This document shows, piece after piece, positions 60,177 through 64,000 of a stretch of 64,000 nt of DNA; the stretch's first letter is position 1; each line of letters begins with the position of its first letter. The notes below the pieces were generated by a model. That model was not told the origin of the DNA. It saw nothing but the letters and a program-made list of their open reading frames with translations, and searched no databases. This DNA is from Tubiluchus corallicola. Taxonomy: Eukaryota > Animalia > Priapulida. The translations under genes and the position numbers were made by a program. The stretch spans positions 199,143 through 263,142 of the forward strand of contig JAQGDQ010000332.1 of NCBI GenBank assembly GCA_030141605.1, written 5' to 3'.

Positions 60177-63100
60177 GTGACAGTATATAATAATAGTCAA
60201 CAGACAAATGTTACTGGTAGAATGTACCACTGATGAAGTGGGTACTGACGAGCTATACAATGGCGAACTGAAACTCTTTGTTAAAGAAATTAGATAATAA
60301 CAAAGCAGAGGACGTTTACTGGAAAAAAGCAACACTAGCGAACTGTGTGCTGACAAAATGTATCACTGGCGAGCTGTGCCACTGGCGAACTGTACAAATA
60401 ACGAATTGTACGACTGGCGAACTGAACCACTGGCGAAATGTAAAACTGGCGAAACTGTGCATTTTCGAACTGTACCACTAATAAAGGGTACCACTGGCGA
60501 AATGTACAACTCGCAAAGTAACGCACAATGATGAAATATGACTTAGTGGCGTAAAGAACGCTATTAAATAATAAAAGTAAGTAAGAATTGGATTTTTTCG
60601 CATTTGTACCCAGTTTACTGACTTGCTTTGTTTTTAGTTGGTAACAGAAAATGGAGCTTACCTTAGGACAAAGGCAACTTACCATATCCTGCCATTAACT
60701 AATCCTGACGGATATGAGTTTAGCAGAAATAGCGTAAGTCCAACTCATTGTCGTTTAGCGTTACAATCTATACATCAAATTAGCTGAAGTATTACAAAAC
60801 CCCTTTCTAGAACAAGAACTAAGTTAGTATTTATTATCATAATAATTTGACGGTTATAATCATAATAATTGCGAGGTAAGACCTGCAACCCGAAAAGCGG
60901 CACAAATTTCGCTAATTGTAACTTATCGAGTGCCATAATAGTTGTACGTTTAATCAGCTTAAAATGACACTATTGCTAATTAACAGTCTAGTTATATTTA
61001 ATATGGCTGACATAGCCTAGTTTTGCTGGCTTATCATTTAACACAATATACATTGTAAGTATTCAATTGCTTGTCAGTTGTGTATGTACTTGGATGGTAA
61101 TAAATAATGTGTCTATCAAGCCATCTATATCTATTGACTTCTGAACAATAGCAAAGACATTAGACATACCTTGGTTAATGATGAATACGTACAAATTCCA
61201 GTTTTTAGTTTAAATTTTTTAAATTCTTAAATTTTAGTTTATTTATGTGTAAATGATTTTTGTTTAGTTCTTAATTTAGTATAAGTCTATAAGAAATAAA
61301 ACGAGTAAAAAAAGAAGCATCAATTCTTGCTTTAAAGCAGGTTTAACACTTCAAAGTATTACGTTCATGTGATTTCAACTTAAACTTTATAATATTATAT
61401 CCTTTCTATGTTGCAATCCTGTTAATTTTTACACTGTTTATTTCTTCCGCTTTGACTCAATATTACTTTGCCCAGAATTCGACTTTTTTATCCCTAAAAA
61501 GGGAAAAACATCTTACGTATTTCTTATAGATAATGCAAATAATCAAATTACGAACATCTCTGCAATAATCTGCCTTCAATGTAACACACAAACGTCACTA
61601 AAAGGTATAAAAATCGTTCTATTCACAGCACTCTATTTTTAGGATCGGTTTTGGAGAAAAAATCGCAGACCGATAGACCATCGTTGTGTTGGTGTCGACC
61701 TAAACAGGAATTTCGATGTTAAGAAACATTGGGGAAGTTAGTATGACAACTTTTTATTTTCGAAACCCCATGTATACAAGATCGTCCAGAAAAAACGTGA
61801 CTAGCAACACTTCATCCTGATAGTGGAGTATGTAAAGGAGCCCACATCATCTTTTAATCGCATTTCCTCCTTTCCAAGGAGTTAGAAAGGGGTGTTTTGG
61901 GAACTAATTTATTTACGTAAAATTTACGTAGAACAACTCTTCTAAACAGTAGCTGCTATGGTGGTACTGCTTAGTAACATCTTCTATATTATAAAGTTGT
62001 CACGTGGTAACCTTTAAAAAAATCCTTGTCAAGACGGCACGCCGCTACGACCAATAGCTTGATACAGCAAGATCAACCATAAACAAACAAATAAAAGTAT
62101 GTATCAATTCATCCGGAGAATTATCGTGCAAGTCATAGTTCCTTATTTAATACATTTGAGTTGTAACATACTTATATAAATGTGGGTGTAGTATAGTATA
62201 CAATAAACAAAATGTTTTTGTAGCCACTGGAGTTAGGTTTGACCCTTGCTCGCCTATCTATCCCGGGAAAGAGCCTCTGAGTGAGCCAGAAACAAGGAAC
62301 ATTGACGCCTACCTCACAATGTCAAGATTTATCTAATTAAAATCACGCATAACGATTCGCCAAGCGTTTGACATCATTAGAATTTTAGAAGTTGTGAAAT
62401 AAAGTTTTATAATGAACACACAAATAAATCCTGAACATAAACGCTAGCTTTATATATTTTTATCACTACCAGATAAGCAAACAGTTTGTGATTAGAAAAT
62501 GAATGCACATGATTGTCTATATTTTGAGTAAATTTTATTTTTGTTTTTGCAGTTTGACACGGGTAAGATCGTCAGTAGAGCCATAAAAGCCGTGCATCGA
62601 AAATACTATAAAGTCATAAAGAGTTCAGATTTGTGTAAGTTGAAATAACTTGATACGATTTATAACAGTCCTTGGTTGTGTATATAATTTATCTCTTCAT
62701 GATGGAAAATTTCAAGTGAAATACTGTGACACGGTCAACTCTAATAGTAATGTCTTCATAGTATTAATGACGTAAATCTCTCTAAAAGGTTCCTTTGGCT
62801 AATACGTTCATGCGACAATGTCTAATCTGTTTATAGCAGAGGTAAATTATCTCAATTATCAAAAACTATATATAAATAAACTTAGAAATTTCAATCAACA
62901 AGGATTTCTTAACAAAACATCTGGTACATATCAGCCTTCAATGTCAAATTCAAAGTCAAATATACCAAGTGACTCATTGGCTCAATTGACTCAAGTACCC
63001 ATTTGTTACCTAGTGCTTTTATTAATTAGTATTAATCATTAATTAAACTTTGTGAACTGGAACGTTCTCACTGACAGAATTCTTAATGATTCAGGTTCTC

Positions 63101-64000
63101 GTTGATAGAATTACTTGGTTAAGCAAACCTAGTGCTTTGAAGATCACATATCATTATAGTAGTATATTTTTCTTAAGTTTAACTTCTGCTTTTTCTTTCT
63201 CTTTGCATATTGCTCCTCCAGCTGTACAGCTTCAGCTTGTGTATGTGTCGGACCTTTCTCATCCACGATTGTTTCATCTGGTCGTAAAATGTAGAAATAT
63301 TAATTCCATCTTCAAAAAGTTGTCGTTGTATTACAGACCCTGCAGCTGGAGAATCAGGTGACTATGCCAAATTAACCCGAAACATTGAATACGCTTACAC
63401 GTGGGAACTGCGCCCATCTTCGTATTATGAAGGAGGGTTCACATTAAGTACAAAGTATATTCAACCAACTGGTAGAGAAGTGGCAGCTGGGTTAGAAGCT
63501 TTGGTTGATGAAGTATTTTGAAAATTAACGTGACAAAAGGTTATAATAATTATTGGTTATTCAACTAAACATGGTAATGGGTAACTTGGAAATAGGTGAC
63601 GGTTTTTGTTTATTCATTATGAAATGTTAGGTATTAAACGTGTGGTTGAAGTAAAAATCGAGTTATACTTATTTTAGACATTTTGTTTGAGAACCCCTGC
63701 ATATGTGGAAAAATAGAATTGCGTGAACAAAACATAAGTATATTTGTTTTGTAAAAACTCGCTCCAAGAAGTTATCTTCTCTCTAATCGTCTCTCTCCCC
63801 TTCCCATCTCTTGACCTATGCACCCACACTAATAGACTTGATGTAGAAAACAGAACTACTGTGACATTACGAAACCACAATTAATTAAATTTTAATGCGA
63901 AACGTGAAAGATCGAAAATTTGAAAAAATGTCTTTCAAGTTTGACACCAAAATTTAATTAATTGTCAGTTTGTAACATTCTTAATAATAACCTTCACATT
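52537..64000 (+). repeat. Segmental duplication, copy 2 (runs off the window)
   Basis: Homology to copy 1 starts at ATATGCATA..TTTCATTTGGAAACTGCTGACC and continues to the last base, which corresponds to 47323. Confidence 0.95.
52755..63521 (+). pseudogene. Duplicated carboxypeptidase, probably inactivated
   Basis: Exons 52755-52825, 54760-54841, 56648-56763, 57527-57602, 58244-58345, 58636-58737, 60638-60733, 61643-61736, 62224-(truncated), 62553-62634, 63337-63521. A 158-bp deletion at 62322/62323 (copy 1 43914-44071) removes the HSYGQ zinc ligand and the exon 9 donor, giving an in-frame TAA at 62334-62336. Exon 11a is absent. Confidence 0.85.

Overview
AT-rich, intron-containing animal (invertebrate-like) genomic DNA, not prokaryotic; gene models were built by hand from splice sites, phase and motifs. 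From left to right: (1) the 3' end of a GABA-B-like class C GPCR (+, 886-2675); (2) a complete 7-exon DEG/ENaC (ASIC/BASIC-like) channel (-, 5410-15068, 529 aa) with a long charged ectodomain insertion; (3) a candidate small single-pass membrane protein whose ectodomain resembles the 4-Cys mini-IGFBP subdomain (+, 18254-23717), with a divergent insulin/IGF-like ORF antisense in its intron (-, 21764-22146); (4) an intronless MS4A/CD20-like tetraspan CDS (-, 27431-28210); (5) an 11-exon M14A procarboxypeptidase (+, 33300-45164) with a second intact, diverged terminal exon (46665-46849); (6) a near-identical tandem copy of that gene (52755-63521) disabled by a 158-bp deletion. The rest is TE debris (LINE, SINE, Helitron, Harbinger, MITE) and microsatellites. 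The best candidates for something new are the nested IGF-like ligand / membrane mini-IGFBP pair and the duplicated specificity-pocket exon of the carboxypeptidase.
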